From a virus: a stretch of 64,000 nt of DNA. Under the pieces are notes generated by a model. The model searched no databases, was not told where the DNA came from, and saw only the letters and a program-made list of their open reading frames with translations. This document shows positions 36,247 to 46,129 of this stretch, one piece after another. The first letter of the stretch is position 1. Each line of letters opens with the position of its first letter. The translations under genes were made by a program, and so were the position numbers. The stretch is taken from positions 88,412 through 152,411 of the IMG/VR virus record IMGVR_UViG_3300046787_000438. One strand, given 5' to 3'.

Positions 36247-37017
36247 ATGCATAAAAGGTTCATTTCAATAGGTGTAATCGCACTGATAATGACTACGTCG
36301 AACGCAGCACTTGCAAATATGGACGGGAATCAAAACCCAGACAGCAATCAAGCTTTGGCACAGGTAACACGAGTAACACAAGTAACAATCCCGCCAACAA
36401 TTGTTGGAGGCGCACCAGTAAGAGTTCAAAACGCAGTTTCAGGTCCAGTTAAGACCGCGGAGCTGGCATCTGGACCAGTGGTAATGACCGAGACCCCCGA
36501 AGTGGGTTCGGTAGAGTGGCTAGCTCAAGAAAAAGCAGACAGAGATAAGATCCAATCGGACGCTGAGCGCAAGCAGGCGGAACTCGAAGCAGAGATCGCT
36601 CGTCTAGAAAAAATCGCTAAAGATACCAGGAACCTGAATAAGGCCGTTGCCGCTACTAAAAAGTATGTTGGTAGAACCTGGTACGCCCTTAGTGGCTCAA
36701 CTCCAGATGCATGGGACTGCTCGGGTCTTGTTATGTGGATGTATGGACAAATTGGGTACTCACTGGAACACCGAGCTTCTTTACAAAAGAATGCAGGAGA
36801 ACTGGTAGAAGATCCAAAAATCGGAGATATCGTAGCCTTTACATATAAGGGTTCGAACTCTGCATACCACGTTGGCGTATACGTGGGTCCAAACGAGATG
36901 ATACACGCTGGTGGAAAACGAGGAGATAGGACAGAAATCGTGTCCGTAAGCCAGTGGGCAAAAGGCAACGGCAACACCGTTGTAACATACACTCGCATCA
37001 TTGAGACCAATAACTAA
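36247..37017 (+). CDS. secreted NlpC/P60 peptidoglycan hydrolase
   Basis: signal peptide, coiled coil, WDCSGLV, GDIV.F, HVGVY, MIHA. Confidence 0.9.
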   Translation: MHKRFISIGVIALIMTTSNAALANMDGNQNPDSNQALAQVTRVTQVTIPPTIVGGAPVRVQNAVSGPVKTAELASGPVVMTETPEVGSVEWLAQEKADRDKIQSDAERKQAELEAEIARLEKIAKDTRNLNKAVAATKKYVGRTWYALSGSTPDAWDCSGLVMWMYGQIGYSLEHRASLQKNAGELVEDPKIGDIVAFTYKGSNSAYHVGVYVGPNEMIHAGGKRGDRTEIVSVSQWAKGNGNTVVTYTRIIETNN

Positions 37018-37035
37018 AACAAGTTATAGTCGGAA

Positions 37036-37072
37036 AAGCCCCTCCAGAGACGGAGGGGTTTTTCTTTTTTTA
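37036..37072 (+). terminator. intrinsic terminator
   Basis: CCCCTCC/GGAGGGG + long T tract. Confidence 0.8.
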
Positions 37073-37151
37073 TTTTGGATTTGACAAAAGAAAACATAAC
37101 ACGCTAATGTGTAGCTACAGCTAATTATTTAGCCCAACGAAAGAGATTAAA

Positions 37152-37403
37152 ATGAAAGACATATACAGAAGCCTCGTTATCGCGGTTGTATTTGGAAATG
37201 CCATCGCATTTCCGATCGTTGCATTCAACTTCCCTTGGAACACCTACCTAATTGACCCGACTCCGTACTACATCATTCAATCAGAGTCTCTAGGATTCCT
37301 AATTGCCGCCTGTGTGTTTACATACGAGTGGGTAAAGTACGCAGACCACCGAGTTGTTCGCCGTTTGGTTGATAAACTAAAAACTACAAAGAAGAAGGGA
37401 TAA
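37152..37403 (+). CDS. membrane protein
   Basis: two TM helices. Confidence 0.65.
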   Translation: MKDIYRSLVIAVVFGNAIAFPIVAFNFPWNTYLIDPTPYYIIQSESLGFLIAACVFTYEWVKYADHRVVRRLVDKLKTTKKKG

Positions 37404-37445
37404 TATCCCAGTTGTTCTTGTTGACAACTATGATATGCTGACATT

Positions 37446-37625
37446 ATGAGCATCCTAAATATTCCCCCTGTAGTTGGCTGGTTACTCCTCACTGCGATCT
37501 TTATTGGACCGTCCGCGTATAGGCTTGTCAAAAGACTTTACCGCCACTGGCGTATTCGCCGTCACATGAAGACCATTCCTGGCCCCCTACTGGGCGTCAT
37601 CTTCCCAGAAATGAAGAAGAAATGA
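37446..37625 (+). CDS. small membrane protein (not in ORF track)
   Basis: TTGACA promoter upstream; MSILNIPPVVGWLLLTAIFIG. Confidence 0.55.
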   Translation: MSILNIPPVVGWLLLTAIFIGPSAYRLVKRLYRHWRIRRHMKTIPGPLLGVIFPEMKKK

Positions 37626-37783
37626 AATTCTATCTTTTCCTACGCTCAATCATTTGGACTTCAGTCCTTTCGGTTGTTACTGCTATTGCCGCTCTAATAA
37701 CGGCGTTCATTAATTTACCCCTAGCTACTCCACTAGGCCTAGTTGCAATTACTTTTGCACTACTAGCTCCTCGGACTCAGTGA
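37622..37783 (+). CDS. small membrane protein (not in ORF track)
   Basis: ATGA coupling; almost entirely hydrophobic. Confidence 0.55.
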   Translation: MKFYLFLRSIIWTSVLSVVTAIAALITAFINLPLATPLGLVAITFALLAPRTQ

Positions 37784-37786
37784 CCC

Positions 37787-37963
37787 ATGACGCCTTTTCA
37801 CTGGACAGCGCTTCTTATTATTCTTGGAGCAATATCCGCGTCTCTTATTTTTCTATCTCTGATACTTTTCTTCGGACCTCCAGATAGCTTTGATATCGAG
37901 CTAGAGACAGAGAAATTAGAGAAAGACCACACTAGAAAGACAGGTACAAATACATGGCAGTAA
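37787..37963 (+). CDS. small membrane protein (not in ORF track)
   Basis: TM helix then charged tail. Confidence 0.5.
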   Translation: MTPFHWTALLIILGAISASLIFLSLILFFGPPDSFDIELETEKLEKDHTRKTGTNTWQ

Positions 37964-38235
37964 ATGCCCACACGCTTTTAGTTAAAACTTACGATGACTT
38001 TAGAGATGCCCTACCAACCAGCGGCCTCTTCGAGATGACAGACTGTGAAGTGGAGATCTGGTGTCCAGAGCTCTCTGACGTAGCCGAGGTAGAGCGCATG
38101 GTAAGCCTGATAGAGTCCATGGTTCACGTCAAGGACATGAAGATTGGCTCTACCATTCAGGATCTACTTTCCGAAGACTACCGAGTTGTAATAACCGAAG
38201 TACCCAACGACATCAGAAAGAAATATGCCCGCTAG
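37954..38235 (+). CDS. hypothetical protein
   Basis: ORF in operon. Confidence 0.65.
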   Translation: MAVNAHTLLVKTYDDFRDALPTSGLFEMTDCEVEIWCPELSDVAEVERMVSLIESMVHVKDMKIGSTIQDLLSEDYRVVITEVPNDIRKKYAR

Positions 38236-38250
38236 GGCTAAGAGGATTTT

Positions 38251-38847
38251 ATGAGCGACGAAAAGACCTACATCACAAAGAATCAACAGCTACCTGAATA
38301 CATTCGCATTGAGTTCAGCGCCTCGAGTGGAAATAACCCACGCCGTGATCGACTAATCAAAGAGCTTGTTGACGCTAAGTGGACTTACGAAGCAATCTCC
38401 AATGCTTCAGGATTAACTCGCGAGCGCGTTCGCCAGATTTCAAATGCTATTGGTAAGCTCCCAGCGGACTTACTAGGTGCCCTGGATATCGACATCCCGT
38501 CTCCTCCCCTAAAGCCAGAGAAAGTCGGACCGAAGTACGTAGAGCCGAGCCCAGAGATTTTGAAGCGCCTATTAGAGCTTCAGCCATATGCCCAGCAGGT
38601 TCGTGCTAATGGCGCAAAGTATCGCAAGGAAGCTGAAGAATACACTGCCCTACTAAACCAGGCGCATACCGTTGACGGTGTAACCCTCTATCGCTTGGCA
38701 AAGCGTCTCGGTGTAACTCACGGTGCCCTTCGTTTCCGTCTTGTACGCTACGGCTACAAGAAGCCAGTTACAGCAACATCAAAGGTTTATGCTCCAATCG
38801 TTAGAGACAACCGAGCCCTAGAGGAGAATAATGCAAAGCTTGATTGA
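38251..38847 (+). CDS. double-HTH protein (sigma region-4-like + HTH)
   Basis: WTYEAISNASGLTRERVRQI; GVTLYRLAKRLGVTHGAL. Confidence 0.75.
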   Translation: MSDEKTYITKNQQLPEYIRIEFSASSGNNPRRDRLIKELVDAKWTYEAISNASGLTRERVRQISNAIGKLPADLLGALDIDIPSPPLKPEKVGPKYVEPSPEILKRLLELQPYAQQVRANGAKYRKEAEEYTALLNQAHTVDGVTLYRLAKRLGVTHGALRFRLVRYGYKKPVTATSKVYAPIVRDNRALEENNAKLD

Positions 38848-39037
38848 GCAGTACGACGTAGAGCTACAGGAGCAGAACTTCACTGATCTTGTTGCACGTA
38901 TCTACACACTGAAGGTGCAAAACAACTACTCGAACATCGAGATTCAGCCAACTGGTGGTTGGTACGTATCTCGAGAGGACCAACTAACCCAGAAGGCAGA
39001 GCGTATTGCTGATGCCATCATTGCAACAGGACTTTAA
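38831..39037 (+). CDS. hypothetical protein
   Basis: SD GAGGAG. Confidence 0.65.
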   Translation: MQSLIEQYDVELQEQNFTDLVARIYTLKVQNNYSNIEIQPTGGWYVSREDQLTQKAERIADAIIATGL

Positions 39038-39048
39038 GGAATAAAAAC

Positions 39049-39279
39049 ATGGCCGATTTGGATGAACTATACGAGGTAGTACAGAAGCAGGAACGCTTCG
39101 CTTATCTAGTAGCTGCTCGTGTAGTAGACTATCAAAACAAGACCGCTCAGCCGCTGGCAATTCACACTGCTGCAGGGCAATTTCAAACATTTGAAGAAGA
39201 ACAGCTAATGTTTGCTGACCGTGTTGCACAGAGAGTGCACCAGGCGCTTACAAAGCTGGAGACTGAAGAGAAGGCATAA
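39049..39279 (+). CDS. hypothetical protein
   Basis: SD AAGGA. Confidence 0.65.
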   Translation: MADLDELYEVVQKQERFAYLVAARVVDYQNKTAQPLAIHTAAGQFQTFEEEQLMFADRVAQRVHQALTKLETEEKA

Positions 39280-39861
39280 ATGCTAACAATTGGCGACAAG
39301 GTAGAAGATTTTAAAGTTATTGGAGTTTTTCCAGAGGTTCTAGAAGATGGAACCTATTTCCAGGAAATCACCGATAAGTCATTCGAGGGTCAGTGGAAGG
39401 TTATTGTCTTCTACCCTAAGGACTTTACTTTTGTCTGTCCTACCGAGATCATCGAGTATGACAAGTTGAATACCGAGTTCCTATTGCGTAACACGATTCT
39501 TATGTCTGGTTCAACAGACAACGAGTTCTGCAAGCTTGCATGGAAAGAGTCACACCCAGATCTAGCAAAGCTAACTAGTATTATGTTTGCCGATACTAGA
39601 ACTGGTCGCGGCTACGGTCTGTATGATGATGATGACACAGGGCGTTATGGGTCGCTAGTTGATCAGCTAGGAGTTCGTCACGAGTCAGGTGTTGCACTAC
39701 GCGCAACATTTATTCTTGACCCTGACAATGTAATTCAGCACGTGACCGTAAATGGTCTAGACACTGGACGCAACGCTCAGGAGACTCTACGCGTACTCGA
39801 TGCACTACAGACTGGTGAGTTAACTGCTTGCAGTCGCCCAATCGGCGGAGCAACTCTCTAA
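39280..39861 (+). CDS. ahpC: peroxiredoxin (AhpC)
   Basis: FYPKDFTFVCPTE, RATFILDP, GRN..E.LRVLDALQ. Confidence 0.93.
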   Translation: MLTIGDKVEDFKVIGVFPEVLEDGTYFQEITDKSFEGQWKVIVFYPKDFTFVCPTEIIEYDKLNTEFLLRNTILMSGSTDNEFCKLAWKESHPDLAKLTSIMFADTRTGRGYGLYDDDDTGRYGSLVDQLGVRHESGVALRATFILDPDNVIQHVTVNGLDTGRNAQETLRVLDALQTGELTACSRPIGGATL

Positions 39862-39862
39862 C

Positions 39863-40783
39863 ATGCGCGACTTAATCATTATTGGATCTGGCCCAGCTGG
39901 GTACACTGCTGCACTCTATGCAGCTCGTGCTCAGTTGAAGCCTCTTATGCTTGCTTCTAGCGTTTCCGCTGGCGGTGAGCTAATGAAGACCACCGAGGTC
40001 GAGAACTTCCCTGGCTTCCCAGAGGGTATTCTCGGGCCAGATCTAATGATGAACATGCAGGTACAGGCAGAGAAGTTTGGTGCTGAAATCCTGAACGAGG
40101 ACGTAGTTGAGGTCGACCTAAAGGGCGACATCAAGATCGTTAAGACTGGCGATGGAAATACTTACGAAGCTAAAGCTGTAATTATTTCTACAGGTGCCGC
40201 GTATAGATCCCTAGGCTTAGATAGAGAATCCGAGCTATCAGGTCGAGGTGTTTCATGGTGTGCGACTTGCGATGGCTTCTTCTTCCGCGAGAAGTTGGTG
40301 ACCGTTGTCGGTGGAGGAGACTCTGCTCTTGAAGAAGCAGACTTCCTCTCGAAGTTTGCATCTAAGGTCTACCTAGTTCACCGTCGTGCCTCATTCAAAG
40401 CATCCAAGGCAATGCAGGAGCGAGTCTTCAATAATCCGAAGATTGAAGTTATATGGGACTCTGCCGTATCCTCGTTACACGGGGTAGATAAGCTCTCGGC
40501 TGTTACCCTAGTTAGTACTAAAGATGGATCTGTTTCAGAGTTACCTACCGATGGCCTATTTATAGCCATTGGCTCTGACCCGCGTTCAGAGCTTTTTGCT
40601 AGCCAAGTAGCCCTGGCAGAGGATAAATTTATAATTGTAGAGGGACGTTCATCTAGAACTAACCTCCCTGGTGTATTCGCTGCAGGCGATGTCATCGACC
40701 CGACTTACCGTCAAGCGATTACAGCAGCTGGCTCTGGCTGTGTAGCCGCTCTAGATGCAGAGCACTATATTTCAACACTTTAG
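39863..40783 (+). CDS. trxB: thioredoxin reductase
   Basis: GSGPAG, TTEVENFPGF, CATCDG, GGGDSA, FAAGDV..YRQAITAAG. Confidence 0.95.
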   Translation: MRDLIIIGSGPAGYTAALYAARAQLKPLMLASSVSAGGELMKTTEVENFPGFPEGILGPDLMMNMQVQAEKFGAEILNEDVVEVDLKGDIKIVKTGDGNTYEAKAVIISTGAAYRSLGLDRESELSGRGVSWCATCDGFFFREKLVTVVGGGDSALEEADFLSKFASKVYLVHRRASFKASKAMQERVFNNPKIEVIWDSAVSSLHGVDKLSAVTLVSTKDGSVSELPTDGLFIAIGSDPRSELFASQVALAEDKFIIVEGRSSRTNLPGVFAAGDVIDPTYRQAITAAGSGCVAALDAEHYISTL

Positions 40784-40790
40784 GAGTGTC

Positions 40791-41123
40791 ATGCTAAAAA
40801 TTGCAACAACCGAGACCTTCACTGAGGGTGTAATTGATGCATCGCTAAACAAACTAGTAGTCGTAGACTTTTGGGCAACCTGGTGCAGCCCTTGCCGCAT
40901 GCTCAAGCCAATCCTAGAGCGAGTATCTGCCGAGGAAGGTATAGCTGACTTAGTAGACTTCGTTCTAGTTGACGTCGAGACTAACGCTGAGCTTGCTGAC
41001 TTGTATCAAGTGTCTAGTACCCCTACAGTAATTTTCTTCAAAGATGGTGTAGAGGTTGGAAGAAAGTCTGGCCTTATGATGAAGCCAGAGTTTCTAGAAG
41101 CTATGTCAGAGCACCTGGACTAA
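40791..41123 (+). CDS. trxA: thioredoxin
   Basis: VVDFWATWCSPC; SD AGGAG before ATG 40791. Confidence 0.9.
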   Translation: MLKIATTETFTEGVIDASLNKLVVVDFWATWCSPCRMLKPILERVSAEEGIADLVDFVLVDVETNAELADLYQVSSTPTVIFFKDGVEVGRKSGLMMKPEFLEAMSEHLD

Positions 41124-41132
41124 TATAAGTTC

Positions 41133-41720
41133 ATGCTTTACAAGCTAGTCAGAGAAGCCACGTCAGATAGCCACGCTGCGTCTATGCAACACCCACTTAT
41201 GGTTGCATTCATGCAGGGTGGCATTTCTGCTGGATCCTTCTTTGACTACCTAGGTCAACTGAAGCGAGTCTATGAGATATTGGACTCATGGGGGCAAGAC
41301 TTATCAATATATGATTCTCGCCTAAAGCGCACTCCAATAATCAACGAGACACTTCAACTAAGTGGGCATGTAGTTAGGCGCTATCCAGCCACAGATGCCT
41401 ACGTGGGTCACCTTCAAAATTTAATTGACACCAAAGACACCGTTGCAGTTTTAGCTCACCACTACACAAGATTTATGGGTGACCTTGCTGCTGGCCCCAT
41501 GATTGGATTTTTATCAAATAACCTAGGTATCCCAGACGAGATGCTTAAGTTTTACGAATTCAGTGACCTAGGTGACCTAATAGAGTATCGACTATCTTAT
41601 GGAGCTGCAATTCAGCAAATAGTCCCACACTCAGACCAGGATAGATTCATCTTTGAAATATTATTAGCTTTTAAGTATTCTCAAAATATACTCGATGAAT
41701 TAAGTTCCTATTGGCAGTAA
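41133..41720 (+). CDS. heme oxygenase-like protein
   Basis: REAT..SH, AHHYTRFMGDL.AG, FYEF. Confidence 0.8.
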   Translation: MLYKLVREATSDSHAASMQHPLMVAFMQGGISAGSFFDYLGQLKRVYEILDSWGQDLSIYDSRLKRTPIINETLQLSGHVVRRYPATDAYVGHLQNLIDTKDTVAVLAHHYTRFMGDLAAGPMIGFLSNNLGIPDEMLKFYEFSDLGDLIEYRLSYGAAIQQIVPHSDQDRFIFEILLAFKYSQNILDELSSYWQ

Positions 41721-41755
41721 TTGCGTAGATTATATTTTTGCTATAGTCTCAGTCT

Positions 41756-42295
41756 ATGAGCAGATGGGTATATGAACCAACGATTCGAAATGAAGCAGAC
41801 GCGTCAGCTGTGGGCTGGCTCCGTCAGTCAGCTTTCCTAGCAACCCCTGAAGCTAACCGTCGCTACTCAGAGGGTGACATCTGGGAGATTTGGCAGCATA
41901 GTATTGCAGCTCTCTCTGAAATTGCTTTTGCAGCAATGATGGGAACTCCAAATTTCATTCCCAGCTACAACACTCATAAAAATGAGCCAGACTTCGGTCA
42001 ATGGGAAGTGCGCTACGGATTCAGTCAAGAAAATGGACTGCCTCCCACTCACATGCGTTTAAGTGGCTCGGTCGATAAGTTGAAAGCCCCGTATGTATTC
42101 ATGACTGGCGGTGCAGAAAAGAAGTTTAAGAGAAGTGCCATGAATGACTACAAGAGCCTATCCATCAAAGCCGAAGGTTGGATTTGGGGATTTGAAGGCG
42201 CGGTACCAGAAAACTATCTCGGAGACAATGATAAAGGCGAGCCGATGTATGGGGTACCAATCTCATCTCTACGTTCAATGTCTGAGCTAGAATAG
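41756..42295 (+). CDS. hypothetical protein (possible PD-(D/E)xK-like fold)
   Basis: SEIAFA...PDFG.WEVR...GWI. Confidence 0.6.
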   Translation: MSRWVYEPTIRNEADASAVGWLRQSAFLATPEANRRYSEGDIWEIWQHSIAALSEIAFAAMMGTPNFIPSYNTHKNEPDFGQWEVRYGFSQENGLPPTHMRLSGSVDKLKAPYVFMTGGAEKKFKRSAMNDYKSLSIKAEGWIWGFEGAVPENYLGDNDKGEPMYGVPISSLRSMSELE

Positions 42296-42299
42296 CTCT

Positions 42300-43733
42300 A
42301 TGGGTAAAAGTATCATGGAACAGATCTCGTCGCTTCCAGATCAGGAGCGATACGAGATTCTCGCTGGCATGGATCCAGATGCTCTCGTCTGGGACTGGTC
42401 CGTTTGGGGTAGACCTGAACAGTTCTGCCCACCTGGAATTGACTGGAACGTTTGGCTAGTTCTTGCTGGTCGTGGTTTTGGTAAAACCCGTCTAGCCTCC
42501 GAATGGGTCCGCGAGCAAGCAAAATATACAACCACTGGACAACGCCGTTTCGCACTTGTTGCTCGTACTGCTGCTGACGTTCGTGACGTTATCGTTGAAG
42601 GCGAGTCTGGAATTATAAATGTCTCGCCTCCTTCCGAGAAGCCACTCTACGAACCTTCGAAGCGTCGTCTAACTTGGCCCAACGGAAATACCGCTACCCT
42701 TTTTACTGCAGATGAGCCTGACTCGCTTCGTGGTCCTCAGTTCACCCATGCATGGGGCGATGAGATTGCAGCTTGGCGTCAGACCCCAGATGCCGCAGGT
42801 ATGACCGCGTTTGACAACTTACGAGTTGGTACTCGTCTTGGGGCAAACCCTCAGATGGTAGTAACTACTACCCCGAAGCGCGTCCCGCTTCTCTACAAAC
42901 TTATTGAAGAATCTCGCACTGATCGATCTGACGGTAGACCACCTAACGTGAAGATTACTCGAGGATCTACTCTAGATAATGCTGGTAACCTTTCTCAGGC
43001 GTACTTGGATACTATTACTGGCGTTTATGAAGGCACGTCTCTAGCTCGTCAGGAGCTTTATGGTGAGATGCTGGATGACGTCGAAGGTGCTCTATGGAAT
43101 GAAGAGATGGTCGAGTCGGCCCGTGAATCCATCTACCCATTTTCGACTCCTCTACGAGTTATTGGTGTTGACCCATCTGTTGCTGAAAATCCCCGCGACG
43201 AGTGTGGAATTGTGGTCGTGGCTTCCTCTGCAGAGGGCGATCTATATAAGCGCAATGCCTGGGTGCTCGAAGATGCGTCAATTCATGGATCTCCAGACAC
43301 CTGGGCGAGAAAAGTCGTTGAGATGGCTCGCAAATGGGGCTGTCCAGTTGTCGCTGAGGTCAATCAGGGTGGTGCATTGGTTAAAAATGCCATTCTTTCA
43401 ATTGACCCAACGATTAAAGTGCTTGAAGTTCATTCAAAATATGGAAAGCAACTTCGTGCAGAGCCAATTGTGCTTGCATATGAGCAGGGACGCGTCCACC
43501 ACGTCGGGTATTTGCAAGATTTAGAGTCTCAGATGTACTCATGGATACCAGAAAGCTCATCGAAATCTCCTGACCGAGTGGATGCACTCGTTCACGCCCT
43601 CACTGCGCTCCTAATTAAGCCACCTCCAGGCTTTTCAGGCGGAAAAATACGTGCAAAGAGCTTCGCTGACCGTAAATTGGGCGTGACTAGCCCAAATAGT
43701 CGTCCTGCTGGAAGAATTTTCAGGGTTAAGTAG
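42300..43733 (+). CDS. terL: terminase large subunit
   Basis: AGRGFGKT, LRGPQF..AWGDE, TTTP, RQEL.GE, IGVDP, SPDRVDA. Confidence 0.95.
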   Translation: MGKSIMEQISSLPDQERYEILAGMDPDALVWDWSVWGRPEQFCPPGIDWNVWLVLAGRGFGKTRLASEWVREQAKYTTTGQRRFALVARTAADVRDVIVEGESGIINVSPPSEKPLYEPSKRRLTWPNGNTATLFTADEPDSLRGPQFTHAWGDEIAAWRQTPDAAGMTAFDNLRVGTRLGANPQMVVTTTPKRVPLLYKLIEESRTDRSDGRPPNVKITRGSTLDNAGNLSQAYLDTITGVYEGTSLARQELYGEMLDDVEGALWNEEMVESARESIYPFSTPLRVIGVDPSVAENPRDECGIVVVASSAEGDLYKRNAWVLEDASIHGSPDTWARKVVEMARKWGCPVVAEVNQGGALVKNAILSIDPTIKVLEVHSKYGKQLRAEPIVLAYEQGRVHHVGYLQDLESQMYSWIPESSSKSPDRVDALVHALTALLIKPPPGFSGGKIRAKSFADRKLGVTSPNSRPAGRIFRVK

Positions 43734-44092
43734 TGAAAATACTGATGGATCGGTTCCCATGCCACCTAGCGGCTATCGGACCAGACCAAATTGACGATGT
43801 AACTACTATGCGTAGCTATGAACCCACACCTGGATCCAATTATTTGGAAATTACTAGGGTATTAATCACTGATACCCACATAGTCGTGGCAAAAGACGGC
43901 AATTCTGGTCCTCAGATAGTATTTAGAGAGACCTACGAGACGTTCATAGCATCAAAAGAAGCAACTAAGGACTCTTTTGTTGTAACTTCATCGGGAAAGA
44001 TGCTAGCATTCAAGAAAGACACTGGTTGCGGCTGTGGATCTCGACTCCGAGGGTGGAACCCATACGGCACATTAGGATCGATGAAGGATTAA
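43733..44092 (+). CDS. hypothetical protein
   Basis: coupled to terL; GCGCGSRL. Confidence 0.7.
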   Translation: MKILMDRFPCHLAAIGPDQIDDVTTMRSYEPTPGSNYLEITRVLITDTHIVVAKDGNSGPQIVFRETYETFIASKEATKDSFVVTSSGKMLAFKKDTGCGCGSRLRGWNPYGTLGSMKD

Positions 44093-44383
44093 ATGGAAAT
44101 TACGCTTCTAACATTTATCGTTTATTGCCTAGCGGCATTTAGACTTACTCGACTAGTCACTACCGACACAATTGCTGAAGGTCTACGCAACAAAATCTGG
44201 TCAAAGTGGCCACCAACAACAAAAATTGGATATCTAATCACATGCAACTGGTGTACTGGATATTGGGTAGCAATATTGCTAGTAATTTTTGTATTTATTT
44301 TACCCCAACTGGCCTTTGTGGTATCATTAGTGTTGGCTATTTCTGCTGCAGTCGGGCTGATCTCAGCCTGGACTGAGCGCTAA
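44093..44383 (+). CDS. DUF1360-like membrane protein
   Basis: RLTRLVTTD.I...R, YLITCNWCTGYW. Confidence 0.7.
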   Translation: MEITLLTFIVYCLAAFRLTRLVTTDTIAEGLRNKIWSKWPPTTKIGYLITCNWCTGYWVAILLVIFVFILPQLAFVVSLVLAISAAVGLISAWTER

Positions 44384-44400
44384 CAAGTAGGGAGCCCATT

Positions 44401-46128
44401 TTGGGTATTTTCAAGAAAGAAAACGCTAAACCGAGTGCTCCTCGGCAGAACGTTCGCGCTTCGGCCCCTAAAAATGCCACTCGCGTTGCTCCAGGGATTT
44501 CTGTTGACTCTTTTGGCATAGTGTATGCCGAGCCACAGACATTTAACTCACCGCGCCCACTTACCGCTGCTGCCGCGCAGGTAAATCTCCAGGACAAGGG
44601 CGAGGCAGAGCTATTTAAATCACGTAGACAGTCTGCATCGTCAAGCTGGCAGTCAGAGGCGTGGGAATACTACGACTCAATCGGCGAGATCAAATACGCA
44701 TTCAACCTAGTTGCATCCGTTGTCTCGCGTATTAGACTTTATGCTGCTGCTATCTCCAACCCAAACGAGACCCCGTCTCCAATTGACTCTGTAGAGAAAA
44801 TTGATGCTCGTCTATCTGCAGCTGCAACACGCGCACTCGATCGACTAAGTTCTGCATTCGGTGGACAGCCTGGCCTTTTAAAGGATGCTGCCCTAAACCT
44901 CCAGGTTACTGGCGAGTGCTACCTAGTTCAAATACCAGAGCGTGTTGGCTCTGGACTCCCTGAGACATGGGACATGCGCTCAGTTGATGAACTTCAGGTT
45001 GACTCTAAGGGTAATTACGTCATCAACCCTCGCCGTGATGTTGGCGGTGGAAGCTCAATGATGTCGCAGGCGAGTAAGGACATCCTCGCTCTCCCTAAGG
45101 GAGCATTCGTTGGTCGCATTTGGCGTGCCCACCCACGGTACACTCAAGAGGCTGACAGCTCGCTACGCGGACTTCTAGACCTCTGTGCGGAACTATTGCT
45201 ACTCAACCGTACTTTCCGCGCTACGGCCCGTTCTCGCCTCAATGCGGGTGCTTTGTATCTGCCTGATGGTTTGTCAGTAGCTGCGTCTCCAGACCCAGAC
45301 TACCCATACGACGAAGATGGCAACTACAACGAGAATTTCACTGCTGAAGAAGCTGCTGACGACTTCGAAGACCAGCTCATCGATGCAATGACTACTCCAA
45401 TCAAGGACGAGGACTCTGCTAGCGCAGTTGTTCCACTTATCATCCGTGGTCCTGCAGAGCTTGGTGACAAGATCAAGCAGTTCAAGTTTGAGCGTTCATT
45501 CGACCCAGCTCTCGCTCAGCGTGCTGACCGCGTGCTAGAGCGCATCATGCAGGGTCTTGATGTTCCGAAGGATGTTGTAACAGGTCTAGCAAACGTTAAG
45601 TACTCAAACGCACTTCAGATTGACGAAGCACTTTACAAGGCACACATCGAGCCTCTAATGCTCCTTATTGTCGATGCGCTTACCGTCATGTACTTGCGTC
45701 CATACCTAATTGCAAACGGATACTCCGAGGATGAAGTTCGTAATGTTTGCATCTGGTACGACCCATCTCTAGTTGCTACTCGCAATGACCGCGCAGCAGA
45801 TGCTGACATGGGCTTCGACAAGATGGCTGTCTCGTATGACGCATGGCGTCGTGCTCATGGTTTCTCTGAGGCAGACGCTCCAGACCCAACTGAGCTCGCA
45901 CTTCGCCTAGTTGTCAATAAGGGTATGGTTACTCCAGAATTTACTGAAGCCATGCTTGCAGCAGTTGCTCCTGATCTCATGAATAAGATTCGTCAGATCG
46001 CGTCTGAAGCTACTGGCGCAGCTATTCCACCAGAGGTGGAGCAGATGTTGCAAGGCCAGCCTGGCCCTGCAGCCACAGAACCAGCAGCTACTGAAGCTGC
46101 ACCGCCACTAGCAGAACCAGAGGCATAA
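44401..46128 (+). CDS. portal protein
   Basis: position after terL; WQSEAWEYYD.IGE, RIWRAHP, ARSRLNAG.L, GLDVP. Confidence 0.85.
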   Translation: MGIFKKENAKPSAPRQNVRASAPKNATRVAPGISVDSFGIVYAEPQTFNSPRPLTAAAAQVNLQDKGEAELFKSRRQSASSSWQSEAWEYYDSIGEIKYAFNLVASVVSRIRLYAAAISNPNETPSPIDSVEKIDARLSAAATRALDRLSSAFGGQPGLLKDAALNLQVTGECYLVQIPERVGSGLPETWDMRSVDELQVDSKGNYVINPRRDVGGGSSMMSQASKDILALPKGAFVGRIWRAHPRYTQEADSSLRGLLDLCAELLLLNRTFRATARSRLNAGALYLPDGLSVAASPDPDYPYDEDGNYNENFTAEEAADDFEDQLIDAMTTPIKDEDSASAVVPLIIRGPAELGDKIKQFKFERSFDPALAQRADRVLERIMQGLDVPKDVVTGLANVKYSNALQIDEALYKAHIEPLMLLIVDALTVMYLRPYLIANGYSEDEVRNVCIWYDPSLVATRNDRAADADMGFDKMAVSYDAWRRAHGFSEADAPDPTELALRLVVNKGMVTPEFTEAMLAAVAPDLMNKIRQIASEATGAAIPPEVEQMLQGQPGPAATEPAATEAAPPLAEPEA

Positions 46129-46129
46129 T

